Below, piece by piece: positions 42,619 to 56,346 of a DNA stretch of 64,000 nt. Origin of the DNA: Eledone cirrhosa. Lineage: Eukaryota. The stretch is from contig OZ024747.1 of NCBI GenBank assembly GCA_964016885.1, positions 88,660,001 through 88,724,000 on the forward strand. Reading direction: 5' to 3'. The position numbers and the translations under genes are program-made. Below the pieces are notes generated by a model. That model saw nothing but the letters and a program-made list of their open reading frames with translations, was not told the DNA's origin and ran no database searches. Position 1 is the first letter of the stretch, and each line of letters opens with the position of its first letter.

Positions 42619-43399
42619 TCTATATATATAAAACTGTGGTTGTCTGTCTGTCTATCGATTTTTGGCACACATCTCCTCTTAGAATCTCTCACGGAATTGC
42701 ACCGAAATTGCTGTACTTGTACATTGAGCCCTAGCGAAGACATCGGAAAAAAAAAATTTCAAATTGACCCACCCTATGTGACGAAATCGAATATAATGTA
42801 TCGATTTTTGAGCGTAAGTTATCAGTTATTTCCCTTTGTTCTGTTTACATTGAGCGTCTTACGTAAAAAATTACGCTGGCTTTCTCAGCGTTCGAGCCAG
42901 CAAAATATTGACCTGCAAAATTCATCAGTTCGAACACTAAGCTTCCGTTTTGCTTCATTTCCATTTAAAAGCATTTTAAAACAATATTTTTACTTGAAAA
43001 CAAGTCTATTTAAAGACTACGTAAAACAAGCACATATTTCAGGCGTGCAGACAGACAGTCGTGCAGAGAGGTGATATAGGCGTGCAGACAGACATAACTG
43101 ATAATTTGGTTACGCTAATGTTTTTCTCTGCGTTGCAGTGTTTACATTTTCGATCTTTGTTAATAAATAACCAGTGCAGTTTCTATCCCCAGCATCCTCT
43201 TTTGTTATAACATTCGGGTTATCGTTATGTTTTCTTAACTTCATAAGGCACATTGTTGGTTGAGGGAATATTAATCAAAAACACCACATGCAAGTCTGCA
43301 CAGTAGACACTACAGTTTTTAAGCCAAGAAAGAAACTTAACATTGTAACTTTAACACAGCTACTGAGCGACCCCGAGCAACGCCGGGCTTTACTGCTAG
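42619..43399 (+). mobile_element. Non-autonomous Helitron
   Basis: 5' TCTATATATATAAAACTG, 3' hairpin CCCGAGCAACGCCGGG then CTAG. It is inserted between A and T with no TSD, and the empty site GAGTTAGAAA^TAGAAGATAAAA is present at 53344-53365. Confidence 0.9.
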
Positions 43400-45579
43400 T
43401 AGAAGATAAAATAGAAAGATAAAACGTAAGCGGAAGGAACGCGGAAAAAATGATTTAAAAAAAAGAGGGAACAACACGTACGTATTCAATCACCTATATA
43501 CATATATCACAAATGACATTTTATATTTGTTCTACTTTTGGGCACAAGGCCAGCAATTACTCAGTACATTACTGGTACTTTATTTTATCGACCCCTTATT
43601 TTTTGTGCATGCATGTGTTATTTCTCCTACAAATACATGCAACTATACACATCTATGCATGTGGTATACACACACACACACGCGCGCGCGCGCGCGCGCT
43701 GGCATTTTTCAACTACACCTCACACAAGAAATTCGGCCTTAGGGAGACAACTCCATCAGTTAGAGCTGCTACTGAATGATAAGGGAGGTAACACTAACGA
43801 TAAAATAGGGATAGGAAATATTTTAAGGAAAATGTTTTAGGAGAAATCTATTCTTCCACCTGTTCTTGGGGCAATCCTCTACCAACAACTATAGTTTATT
43901 TTATAATACAGGATCACATATATTCTGTACGAACAATAGGTCTTTGGATTTAAATATATCCCTATCCTGCAAACAATACTAATTAGTTTCCTTCTACTCT
44001 TCCTTCAACGGCAATGAATCCCCGAAATGTAAAGAAAAAAGGAACTCACAAGATAATTTAATATGCTAGAACACAACGAGAGCATTACGAATGACAACTG
44101 AGACATCATCATCCATATATTAAATTTGTTGTACCCGTCATGTAAAAAATGTGTCACGTTAAGGAAAGGGGGTGGTAAGCGTGTGTACGAGAAAGAGAGC
44201 GGTGGTGAGACGATGATAGCAGAAACGACGGTTTTTAAATCCCGTGCTGTAATAAGTCTTTATGGAAAGAAGTGATTAGAGTATGTATGCGATATTTAAA
44301 AATATCAGATGATTATATTATTGTGTGTGTGTGTGTATGTGTGTGAGTGTGAGTGTGCGTGTGCGTGTGCGTGTGCGTGTGTGTGTGTGTGTTTGACTTA
44401 TAAATAAAACATTCAAAATGTCATATTGATCTCGGTGGCTGTTTTTAATTAAACCATGAAATTTCCATGGATTCATTCAATTTAAATAATAATGCTCACA
44501 AGATTTGGCTCGACCTGGGCCCATGGTGAAAGACACTCGCCCAATATTTTATGCAGTTGGAACGAACCAGTGTTCTCGTAATTTCTAAGGAAATCTTTTA
44601 ACTATTCCGCCATGGCTGTGTCAACACTTATATGTATAAAGTACATGATATAATGGAATGTCTATTATATAATGAATATATATAATACACATGATATAAT
44701 GGCTACAAAATATCGATTAAATATAATCACCTCATGAAAAGAAGCCTAAATACTGAGTGAAGAAATAATGATGCAAGAAACATAATACTTCTCATAATTA
44801 TATATTTTTCACCTCCCTCTTGTAAAATACAAACATTGGAATGTCCTTGTGTTATCATTTTTGGATATTTTAATGTTTTTACATACTTAGGGATTAAATG
44901 TTTCCTCTGAAATGTTTGCACAAAGCCTGCACATAATTGTTCTAGCTAATAAATTAGAATTTCAAGAAACTATGTACAAGGGCAAATAAAATAAAAAGCA
45001 AATATTTTCACATACCAGATTTTATTATAGTTAAAGATTACAGCATTTTCTTTATTCAGGCCATATAGCCATGTTGTATACACATATCAATTCTGTTCGT
45101 ATTTCAATTAAATTCTAGTACCAATGATTGAAATGAAAAACCATTTTTATAACGTCTTAGGTAAATGTTGCAGGAATCGTAATTTGACATGTCTTATCTA
45201 AACATTGATGTGCTTCAAAGTAAATACATTACATACACCATTAAGTAATAACATTGAGTAACCTCTAACAGTTGCTCGATCTGCAATCAATCCTTCTGCT
45301 CCCTTACCAACAGGATCTTAACCAATGATGGTTCTGTGAGCAGTACCCCAGCCGAGAAAGTCTCCACTTTCGCTACTCACGTTGCATCCAACTCCACACT
45401 ATAGATGCAACGTAAATCTCCTCTAAATCTTACTAGGTAGGCTCCCTACTTTCTATACATATATGCTAAGTACAAAAGTACCTCAGGTGTTTTCAAAACA
45501 GTCGAAATTCGAACTTTTCAGTTCACACCTTTCACCAGATCTGAACTTTGCAGACAAGAACGAGAGGAAGTAAGAAAGA

Positions 45580-45762
45580 GTGAGTGAATGGGTGAGTGGG
45601 TGAGTGGGTGAGTGGGTGAGTGAGTGAATAGTTGAGTGGGTGAGTGGGTGAGTGAGTGGGGGAGTGGGGGAGTGAGTCAGTGGGTGAGTAGGTGAGTGGG
45701 TGAGTGGGCGAGTGAGTATGTGGGTGAGTGGGTGAGTGAGCGAGTTAGTGAGTGGGTGAGTG
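45580..45762. repeat. (GTGA/GTGG)n tetranucleotide tract
   Basis: Visible. Confidence 0.9.
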
Positions 45763-45954
45763 GAGTATAGATTAAGCCCCATGATGTTGACTTCATTGAT
45801 ATGTAAACTATTTAATTGGTTATTGAACTAAGTCACATCAATTTTGTTTTTAGGCGATTTTTAAAATAGATCATTTTACCACACAAACTTTGAAACCTTA
45901 GTAAAATTACGTTTATTCTTTAAACTGCTGCATTAAATATACGATATTAGCTCT

Positions 45955-46472
45955 CGTAGTGCACTGGGGTCGATTTAATAAACTTTCCCTTGCCCCAAAA
46001 TTGTTGTCCTTGTGCCAAAATTAGAAACCATTATTAAAGCCTTTAGAAAGGTGGCAGATTGGCGATAACGTTAAAGTGTTGAAGTTGTTTCGCTGTGTTT
46101 ATTTCGAGACGTTTCATTCTGATTTCAAATTTCGTTGTAGTTAACTGTGCCTATTACCCTTCAGGGGGGGGGGGGGGGGGGGGGTCAATAAAATAAAATA
46201 CCAATCGAATACTGGGATCGGTGTGATCTACTTTCACCAACCCCTTCCTAAATTGCGTTTTCTCTGAATTAGAAGCCATTATTAAAATCTTTGGGCGGCG
46301 GATTGGCAATATTGGCCATGCTTTGCAGCATTGAGTTACGGCTCTTTACGGTCTGAGTTCAAATCCCGCCGAGATTAACTTTGCCTTTCATCCTTACGAG
46401 GCCGATAAAATAAAGTACCAGTAATACACTGAGATAATTACTGGCCTTGTGCCAAAAGTAGAAACAATTATT
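45955..46472 (+). mobile_element. Chain of three SINE A copies
   Basis: A 3' fragment, a long copy and a short copy, separated by ATTATTAAAGCCTTT / ATTATTAAAATCTTT / ATTATTAAAACCTTT duplications. Confidence 0.82.
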
Positions 46473-48694
46473 AAAACCTTTGGAAACGAAAGACTTTCCT
46501 AGTCACAATTCAATTCTACCAATGATTATTTATTTAAAAAAATATTTGTCAGATAAATCTCCTACTTAATAATATAAAAAAGAAAATGAGATAGAAATAT
46601 GACTGAAAGTATATATCTGATTACCAGCCCCTATATTTTGGAGCGATATTTATTTACTGTAATTGGATATATCTTTAGACAGAACACTTAACTCTAACAA
46701 CCTCATTTCATTCAACTGTTGGGATTTAGAAATCAGATTTTCTATGAATATTAACGAACTGATGTTCAGTCTAGTCATCTATCACTTAACGCCGTGAAAA
46801 ATCCTTGTGAGCCACAAAAAACTATAAGCGGTCTGCGAGTCAATACACAAGTAAACAACCAATGACCATGGCTGAATTAAAGAAAAAGTATTCGTCAATG
46901 CAGTTTCTATATCTTTCCATCAAAAATATCCATCAAAAAGCCTCAATATATTAATCGCTTTACAATTGTGTGCTTTTGTATCTATGTAAGACATCAATAA
47001 TATAGATTCATGAGTTTAAACCGTCGAAAAAGTGTTAAATTTTCTTATCAAGTACAGTCAGAAGAGATGTTTCAAATTATATCTTATTTGAAAACGTATA
47101 CTGAATATAAAAACGATTTTACATGGCCACGTCCCGCAGTCTGATAGAATGTTACCCACTAAATCTTATTCAAACACTTGGGAAACTCTACATGTTTACC
47201 TGGCCTGTTAGAAATAGTAACTAAATGTTACTGAAATCACACGGAACCATCTTACAAAAATGAAAACACAATAGATAATATAATCCAAATAACCCACCAC
47301 CCAACAAAACGAAAACGGGAGGTGTTCAGCTATAAAGCACATCATGGTCATAGGCATACTCGACTAGAGCTGGCCTTGGGTTAAACAACAATTATATACA
47401 GTATCCACGCAATTTTATTGATTGATAGCACCATCCCATGCTAAGTGTTGCGACGAAATTATTTTGACGTATATTTATCATTTAATATGTAACACAGACA
47501 GACGCATAAGTGTGTTACCAGCTGTTTTTTCAGACACTCTCTACTGGAAATCTATCAGTTTGGTCATCTGAAACAAACATTAACTTCCTATTCACTTTTG
47601 AAATTAACTTAACTAGATTGATCGACCATATAAATCATCGTTACATTAACTCAACCAAATTTCTGGTAATGAGGTTTTATTTGAATAATGTTTATGTTTA
47701 ACTGAGATGAAAGTTTTAAAATATCTCTTGCCCTTTTACTCACTCATGAGTCAGAATCTTTCCTACTTTTCTGTTGCCATTCCAAATGACCACCCATTGA
47801 TCGTTAATATGCAGTATATTCATAAACAAGACAATTATAGTTACCCTCCTCTAAAAGTATTTATACTTTGTTAAAATATTACATAGAAACTTCTTTTACT
47901 ATTGTAAATCATTAGCTTAACTTGACATAAGTCGTAAGGTACAAGTTTCCTTTAGCTAAAATATTTCTGTATCAAGTAAGACTTGTCGTCATTTTGGTGA
48001 CGCAAAATTATATCAAGCTTGTTGTAAGATAATGACAAATATACATGCTAAAATTCCATTGAATATTTCCATTGTTAATATTACCGAGATGGATATTTCT
48101 ATTTCTATTTAAAAACATGGAAATTAGCTGCTTAGTGCATACACAACTGTCTCTGGTATCATAATCTATAAAGCTCAGTGTGTGGTCATGCTCCTTTCTT
48201 ATAGAAATCTACGATATAGAATTTCTTCAATTGAAATTTACAATTCAGTATTCGAAATAGTTTCGATTGCGTCTTGGCACATCTCATTTTTTCAATTTCA
48301 CCCACAATTACGCAAAAAATAGATAAAACTCAATATTTTACGATTTTTCTCTGTCATTTAAACTGCTAAACTCTTTCCACTACTATTCAAAATCTATACA
48401 ACTTCATACTTTCTGCTACTTTCTCTTTCCAAGCTTGATGGTAATACTGTCCGTTTTACTCTCTCATATCATCTGCTTACCTCTATCTACGACTCACACA
48501 TTTTGCTACTTTCTCTTTTATACTTCAAATTATTACATTTCATACGAAACGACAATTATTCAAAAGCAACAGATACATTTATTCAACAACAAGCGATAAA
48601 TCTTTTTTAAAACCTCTTTTCCAAACGCATACAAACACACACTCACTTCAACAACAACAACAATCTGCCTTTTATAGATAATGATAAACAATAA

Positions 48695-49155
48695 TATCCT
48701 CTATGAGGTCACTAAACCTGCTAGAAACAGCAGCTAACTCTCCCCCATACCACACCCCTCCCTACTGTTTTAAATTTAGAAAACATATCTTCTATGAGGT
48801 CACTAAACCTGCTAGAAACAGCAGCTAACTCTCCCCCATATCACACCAGTCCCTACTGTCTTAAATTTAGAAAACACATATCCTCTATGAGGTTACTAAA
48901 CCTGCTAGAAACAGCAGCTAACTCTCCCCCATATCACACCCATCCCTACTGTCTTAAATTTAGAAAACATATCTTCTATGAGGTCACTAAACCTGCTAGA
49001 AACAGCAGCTAACTCTCCTTCATATCACACCACTCCCTACTGTCTTAAATTTAGAAAACACATATCCTCTATGAGGTCACTAAACCTGCTAGAAACAACA
49101 GCTAACTCTCCCTCATATCATAACCCTCCCTACTGTCTTAAATTTAGAAAACACA
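48695..49155 (+). repeat. Five tandem 92-bp units derived from the 5' part of repeat family C
   Basis: Unit ATCYTCTATGAGGTCACTAAACCTGCTAGAAACAGCAGCTAACTCTCCCCCATATCACACC...CCCTACTGTCTTAAATTTAGAAAACAY. Confidence 0.92.
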
Positions 49156-49159
49156 CAGA

Positions 49160-49442
49160 CAACCATGCAGAACAACTCCATCGCAGCTCTGTTGTTCGGC
49201 TGGCATCGTCTACGCGCGTGTTGCGCAAGTACTGTGAAACAATAAATTTCAACACTTTTTTTGCACAGAGATAATATCCATAGGCGAAACTACAACTGTC
49301 ACTGCTGGCGCAGCTCCTGCTTCCAGGTCTGCAATTCCTTCACCCAGTGCCTGGCAGACAAAAAAGTGCTGCCATAAAATGGGTGGTGCAACCTAACTTT
49401 GGTAACTTAATGACCCCGAGCAACGCCGGGCTTTAATGCTAG
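49160..49442 (+). mobile_element. Helitron 3' end (5' boundary uncertain)
   Basis: GACCCCGAGCAACGCCGGGCTTTAATGCTAG|T is almost identical to the 3' end at 43369-43400. Confidence 0.7.
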
Positions 49443-49815
49443 TATTATTATATTTTCTAGTCGATTTTGCTTGGCTGAGTCATTACAACATCAAATAGAA
49501 TACGTCACGGTATTAGTTGGCTCTCTGCTCTCCGAGTTCAAATCCCGCCTAGGTAAAAAAAAAAAAGTGGGGAAAGGGGAAAAAGGAAAAAGAGTGGAGA
49601 TAAGAGAAAAAAAAAGAATGGGGGAAAGGAGGAAAGAAAAAAGGGAAGAGAAAGTAGGGAGGGGGTATTAAGGTGATGTTACACTTGTAATAGTGCAAAC
49701 TGGCATTACAAGTGTAATAGCGTCTTAATGCGCGAAAATACACGCCATCAAGGTGGCCGACGAGGTAAAGATGCAGCTGTCTGTTCACCTTATGCCACTG
49801 TGCATTATTCATTTT

Positions 49816-49860
49816 CTAATGATCCTCTGAGTGCATAGGTGAAACTCCAGAGTAACAAGA
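49816..49860 (+). ncRNA. Degenerate family G hammerhead
   Basis: CTAATGA-T-CCT..AGG-T-GAAACTCCAGAGTA|ACAAGA. G5 is mutated and the 5' strand of stem I is degraded, so it is probably inactive. Confidence 0.5.
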
Positions 49861-49874
49861 CTCATCACTTAGCC

Positions 49875-49929
<55 letters not shown>

Positions 49930-50827
49930 GAAAGAGTTTCAGTTCCTTCATTGGAAGGTGAATTCTTTCTTAGGAGGAATAAGGGGACAAGTTGAAAATA
50001 TATCATACATACCATTTCGTGGCTAGACCGCATGGTCAACATGTTGCATCGCTGAATTATTGTATGAATATTTCCCAGTTAATGTATTAAAACAATACGA
50101 TGGACTTATATTGACGCTGGAAATAGCAGCCAATATCCTCTAAATCAACTCAACAATGATGAAGCAGTCAATATTAATTTATAACTCTATAAATTTAATT
50201 GTAAACATCTCAATGAAAGGATAAGATCTATTAATAAATTATTTACTCAGAGAAGTATTAAAATATATTAAACTTAAACCAAAATCTCATTTTGGAGGGA
50301 TATAAGCTAAATCGGCTAAAAAAGGTCGGTTTTTACTCATATAATACCTCGACCATCAATATGATCGAACCCCAAAGAGTATAGTTGTGAACCAAACTTC
50401 TTACTGAATAAATCTAATCAATATGATCATCGTCATCATTATCTTCTTCACCATAGTCATCAATACCCTCACCATCCTTATCATCCTCAGTTCAACAATG
50501 ACTTAAATTACAAATAGCAAACATCAGATATTACTTTCCAGTAATGCAACTTTGATTAATTAAAATCAATTAGAATTCAGACAATAGTTTTGTGCCGTAT
50601 TAATGATATTCGCATTCTAACTTAGATCTCAACATCAATGAAAATGGCGTCAACAGATCAGTTAGATATCTCATGCAATATATTATATATCAATTATCAT
50701 TCAAGGTATTACAAATGAACGAATAATTGAAGAAGGGAATTGTTAATACACATCACCTCTAATTGAGAAAATCTATAATCAAAGGCATTCCAGCTGTGAC
50801 CATCTTGTCTGTTTTTGAAGCATATTA

Positions 50828-51021
50828 CAGATCTGCCAACCTCTAAAAACCCAAATGAGGAGTACCATGAAAAAAGATGCTCCAAAACGGGGAGAAATGA
50901 GGCAAAATCGAGAGATTTTACATAATGAAAACTATACCCCTTTTCATGAGAGAAGACATCTCTTACCCACTCGAAAGTGGGTGGGAGATCTTCCCGTCGG
51001 TCGGGAGAGTTGACAGGTCTG
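50828..51021 (-). mobile_element. CAGACCTGYCAAC MITE (copy 3) with 6-bp TSD ATATTA
   Basis: ATATTA|CAGATCTGCCAAC...GTTGACAGGTCTG|ATATTA; lies inside a minus-strand family C repeat. Confidence 0.85.
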
Positions 51022-51693
51022 ATATTATATCCAGGACTAAATTTATTTAGTGTGTCCTTTTTGAAGACGTTAAACTGTGGTTTGAGGGAGATTTGGCTGC
51101 AATTTCTAGCAGGTAACGATCTCCCTAGAAATTTCCTTGCTGGCTTGTGCATTCACTAAAGTGCCTAGTGGATATAAGTGGTGCAGCATGTTCGAATGGT
51201 TAAAGAGTTCGATAAGCACTCGTTAGGTCCCGAGTTGATCTCACTATGTGGAATGCTGGACAAATGTCATTTGCTATTGATTCGAATCGACTCATGCCCT
51301 GTGAGTAAAATTATATTGACGAAACCTGTTTGGGAGCCCGTCGGGTGGGCTCTACCTGCAATTCAAACAACCAGCCGTATCACATAATGAAGGGCTGAAT
51401 CTTCCTGAGAATTACGTTAAAAGTACTCATGTCTGTGGAATGAATGTTCAACGCGTTAATTTCATGAGCAGGGTGTTCCGTTGATCGAACAACTGGAACA
51501 CGTATCGTCGAAATCGACGGAGGTCCATTGAATGGTTATGGGTGTTATTTCCCTTACTATAGAACTATAATAGTTTATCTTTCGAATCTATCATGGTGCT
51601 GCGTAGTCATCCTGGAATAAGACACGTCTTGAAAGAAGGAATATATAGAATTGGAGAAAGTTTTAACACAAGGATTGTTTTCAACACACTGAC

Positions 51694-51756
<63 letters not shown>

Positions 51757-52606
51757 TGTGTATATGTGCATATGCATACATTTATATGTATGAGTATATA
51801 AATATAAACTAGCAAACACAGACACACTTACAAAATACGCACTCACAGACATACATTCACTCAAATACACGCATAAATTCACGCAAACACACACACACAT
51901 ACATTTACACAAACACACACATACACATACGCTCACACAGCGTAATAAATAGAACGCTAGCGGCTGTTTTGTTAAAGCTTTTTCACTATCCCCTCCCTTC
52001 CTTTTACACACACATACATTCACACAAACACACACGCACGCATACATTGTGTGGCGGAAGGACGGACGGAAGTCGCTCAAACTTATATACAGATTAAATT
52101 GAAAGGCAGAAACACTGGACAAAGTTGAAGAAACAGGAAATCTTAGTCTAAAGTTTAATACATAATTGTGATAATGTAATTGATTATCGATGTTAGAATG
52201 GAAGTTATTAACCAACGTTTCCTTTTGCATTTCTGTTCAATCGAAATACAGAGCTGAAGGTCAACTTGACAGTCATTCATGCAGTTAATATGTGAATAAG
52301 AGATAGGCCTATCATCATAATCACTGCTGATGGAAATTGATGACATATCAAGGCTAAATGTTATAAACAGCAAGGGAATCAGTATCTTAAAGGCATTTAT
52401 AATTACTTAGTGAGGTTATAGATAAAGCTTTCTATTAAATATTGATCCAGGTAAATTTCCACATCCTTAATTGATACACTTGTATGGCTGACATTAAAAG
52501 AAATAGCTGCATCACAAAGACATTGGGATTTGGGGATTGTTGATATGCTGGTGCATCTCCAATACCAACCCGCCCATCCCCTCAATCTATCTTATTTCTC
52601 ATTCTT

Positions 52607-52642
52607 TCTTCTGATGAAGGACTAGCGTCCGAAACGTTAAGA
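52607..52642 (+). ncRNA. Minimal type I hammerhead (family H; element ~52586-52728)
   Basis: TCTT-CTGATGA-A-GGAC[TAGC]GTCC-GAAA-CG-TT|AAGA with the palindromic stem III ACGT typical of PLE minimal hammerheads. Confidence 0.78.
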
Positions 52643-52746
52643 CACTCTTCCTGCTATATCAAGCGTTAACCTAATATATCCCTTCCATATACTGTACCGA
52701 TTGTGTTGTTATTTCTGTTTACCTTTTACACACACGCACACACACG

Positions 52747-52857
<111 letters not shown>

Positions 52858-53305
52858 AAGAATATTTTCGAAACAGCGAGTGGGTTTGAAATTATTATAA
52901 ATGTAAGCTATCGCCGTATTTTGACTAAAGAAATTAAAGAAATTATTTAGCCTGATAGTGGGGTTAAGAAACCTCGGAGAAATGGAAAAAGATGAGTATT
53001 GACGTACATATATATACTTTGATAGTGATCGAACCCATATATTATGTCTGATAGTATACAGTTATCTATCTGCTATAGATCAGTCAATATATCAATATGA
53101 TCAACTCTCCGAAACGATCGTAAAACCATGAATGAAATATGTAAAATAACTTGCCTTTGTTATTATCATTGTTAAACTTATATCTAATATGTATGCGTGT
53201 GTGTGTGTGTGTGTGTGTGTAAACAGAAATAACAAAAATAACAAAACAAACGGCACAGTACATGGAAGAAATATATTATTTTAAAGTTTGAAATACACAC
53301 TAAAG

Positions 53306-53341
53306 TTTTAACGTTTCGAACACTAGTCCTTCATCAGAAGA
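53306..53341 (-). ncRNA. Minimal type I hammerhead (family H, inverted copy ~53221-53400)
   Basis: Minus strand: UCUU-CUGAUGA-A-GGAC[UAGU]GUUC-GAAA-CG-UU|AAAA. Confidence 0.65.
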
Positions 53342-53441
53342 CAGAGTTAGAAATAGAAGATAAAAAAAGTAAAGAGTGATAAAAGAAAGGAACGGGGAAA
53401 ATAAGAAAAAAAAATTGGAGAGAAGAAATCCCACACGCGCG

Positions 53442-53513
<72 letters not shown>

Positions 53514-53547
53514 ATATATATATATGTATATAATATATATATATATG

Positions 53548-53670
<123 letters not shown>

Positions 53671-53824
53671 CACACACACATATATATATATATATATTTA
53701 TTAAAATAACAGATTAAAATCTGTTATTTTAATAAATATTTGCTCTACGGTTCTTATATATTTGATATATATTTTCCTTATCGAGCCCTCTTTGGATTTT
53801 AGTCTTCAATTTTATTATTATTAC

Positions 53825-53896
<72 letters not shown>

Positions 53897-54535
53897 CTAG
53901 CCGAATTACTCGCAGTCCTTGCTGCGGTTCACACATCACCAATAAAACGCTGTTGTCTTTCTTCTTCAGAGTCATGCAACTATATGGCGAGATCTATCTT
54001 GTTCCTGTTTTTCTTGATGCTCAACAAAGGTTTCATTTTGTCGAGACTCTGTTTACTTCTGTCTTTGGCTAGAAAGTCGTTCTTTCCTTGCATCATAGCT
54101 TTCAGATTGACGACGAAGCCTCATCCTTTTTGCATGTGGATTATCTGCATAACTGGATTTTCTTTTCCGTGGCATAAGGGATGTCTGACAAAAATGTTTA
54201 CATTAGCTAAATTTTACTATAAAAGAGGGTTGCTTTTTTTGTTCATTTACGTTTAATTAATAGAAAAACTCCGTGATAATGGAGGTTCCAATACTCAAGT
54301 TATGGGCTTCCAAAATTTGCACTATAGGGGGTTTAACCCCCATTAGGGTGTCTTAATATTATTGAAATTTGCTGAAATTTTGTGAATAGGCATAATATCT
54401 TGTCATTTACCTATGGTTTAAATTTCATATAAATCAGTTTCAGAATATATATGGTTAAGGGGGGTCTATCTCCAAAACCATAGGAGGGGTTCGTGAACAA
54501 ACAAACAGACAGGAACTACAACTTTATATATATAT
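53897..54535 (-). mobile_element. Non-autonomous Helitron (second family)
   Basis: Minus strand begins TATATATATAAAGTTGTAGTTCCTGTCTGTTTG and ends with the hairpin CGCAG-CAAGGA-CTGCG and CTAG|T. Confidence 0.75.
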
Positions 54536-54580
54536 GTTTATCGTTAATTCGTGAGCTGATTTTCCGATACTCGATTATTC

Positions 54581-54622
<42 letters not shown>

Positions 54623-54639
54623 TTATATATATATATGTA

Positions 54640-54727
<88 letters not shown>

Positions 54728-55164
54728 AACATATATAAATATGTACACACATACACACGCACACACACACACACACACACATACGCGCGCGCGCGCGCTT
54801 ACACACCTAGATTCATACGTCATATCTAACTTACATGAAGAGATATATGTTACAATTGTTCGTGTTCTGTGTACTTCCTGTTTCACTTAAAGCCGCGATT
54901 AACTTCGTCTAAGCTTTCCTTGTCGAATCTTTCGTAAATATTAAATTTTGCATATAAAATCAAAATACATCATGAAATCTCCCAGAAAATATATTCCCGA
55001 CATTCTACTCATGTGACTTCAAAATAGATTATAATAGAAATAAAACTAAAAAAAAAAAAAATCGTAACATATGACTCGTAAACTTCTAAGATATAAATCA
55101 AAATGTTTCTATAATCCAGCCCAGATCTACACTCACATACTTCACAAACATACACACACAGATA

Positions 55165-55258
<94 letters not shown>

Positions 55259-55308
55259 TATTGTGAGCGTGAAGCCAACAGTATTTCATAAATATATATA
55301 TATATGTA

Positions 55309-55484
<176 letters not shown>

Positions 55485-55803
55485 TACATATATATATATA
55501 TATATATTTCGTTTCTGAATTTATTTAGCAAGATTCTTTATCTGAAAACGTGTGTTGAAACCGATATTGTTATACTTTGGGAGGGTCATGTTGCCAATAA
55601 GAAACACACGCACCAGTTGCTTTCACTTCAATTTATTATAATAAATTTATAAATTTAGGAATTTATAAATTTCTGGTTCGTTGGTTGGTTCCACAGCCAG
55701 ATGCCTCTCCTTTGTTCTGTCCTACGCCATTTTGTTTCTCGAGAAACAAAATGGCGTAGGACAGAACAAAGGAAAGGCACAAAAACAAAGAAAAGAATCC
55801 CCA

Positions 55804-55846
55804 GTCACTGATGAGGTCACAGAATGTGTGACGAAAGAACTTTGAC
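55804..55846 (+). ncRNA. Minimal type I hammerhead (family E)
   Basis: GTCA-CTGATGA-G-GTCAC[AGAATGT]GTGAC-GAAA-GAAC-TT|TGAC; lies in the centre of the 55257-56125 foldback. Confidence 0.72.
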
Positions 55847-56006
55847 AATATATAAACAACTATCTGGTTGTGGAACCAACCAACCAACCAGAAATTTATA
55901 GATTTATAAATTCCTAAATTTATAAATTTATTATAATAAATTGAAGTGAAAGCAACTGGTGCGTGTGTTTCTTATTGGCAACATGACCCTCCCAAAGTAT
56001 AACAAT

Positions 56007-56094
<88 letters not shown>

Positions 56095-56137
56095 GAAATA
56101 CTGTTGGCTTCACGCTCACAATAATTTCTATACTTTC

Positions 56138-56197
<60 letters not shown>

Positions 56198-56346
56198 ATA
56201 TTAAATAAATGGAAACTATCTTTATAAAACCATATTTATTATTTTTTATATATTTCAAGGGTACCAAAAATGTTGGTACGCTATCATCAGATAAAATACG
56301 AAGTGTGTTTTATAAATTTTGACATAACCAAGGAGAATATACCTTA

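Noticed and set aside
45330-45420. Possible HDV-like ribozyme (ACGTTGCATC/GATGCAACGT hairpin followed by GCGAAAG on the minus strand)
   Set aside because: I could not find the P1, P2 and P3 pairings needed for the nested double pseudoknot.
45482-45570. Small exon candidates on either strand
   Set aside because: The minus-strand candidate has stops in all three frames, the plus-strand candidate has a weak acceptor, and I recognise no homology.
48695-49155. CRISPR-like repeat
   Set aside because: Whole 92-bp units are repeated with only point differences; there are no spacers and no cas genes, and the context is eukaryotic.
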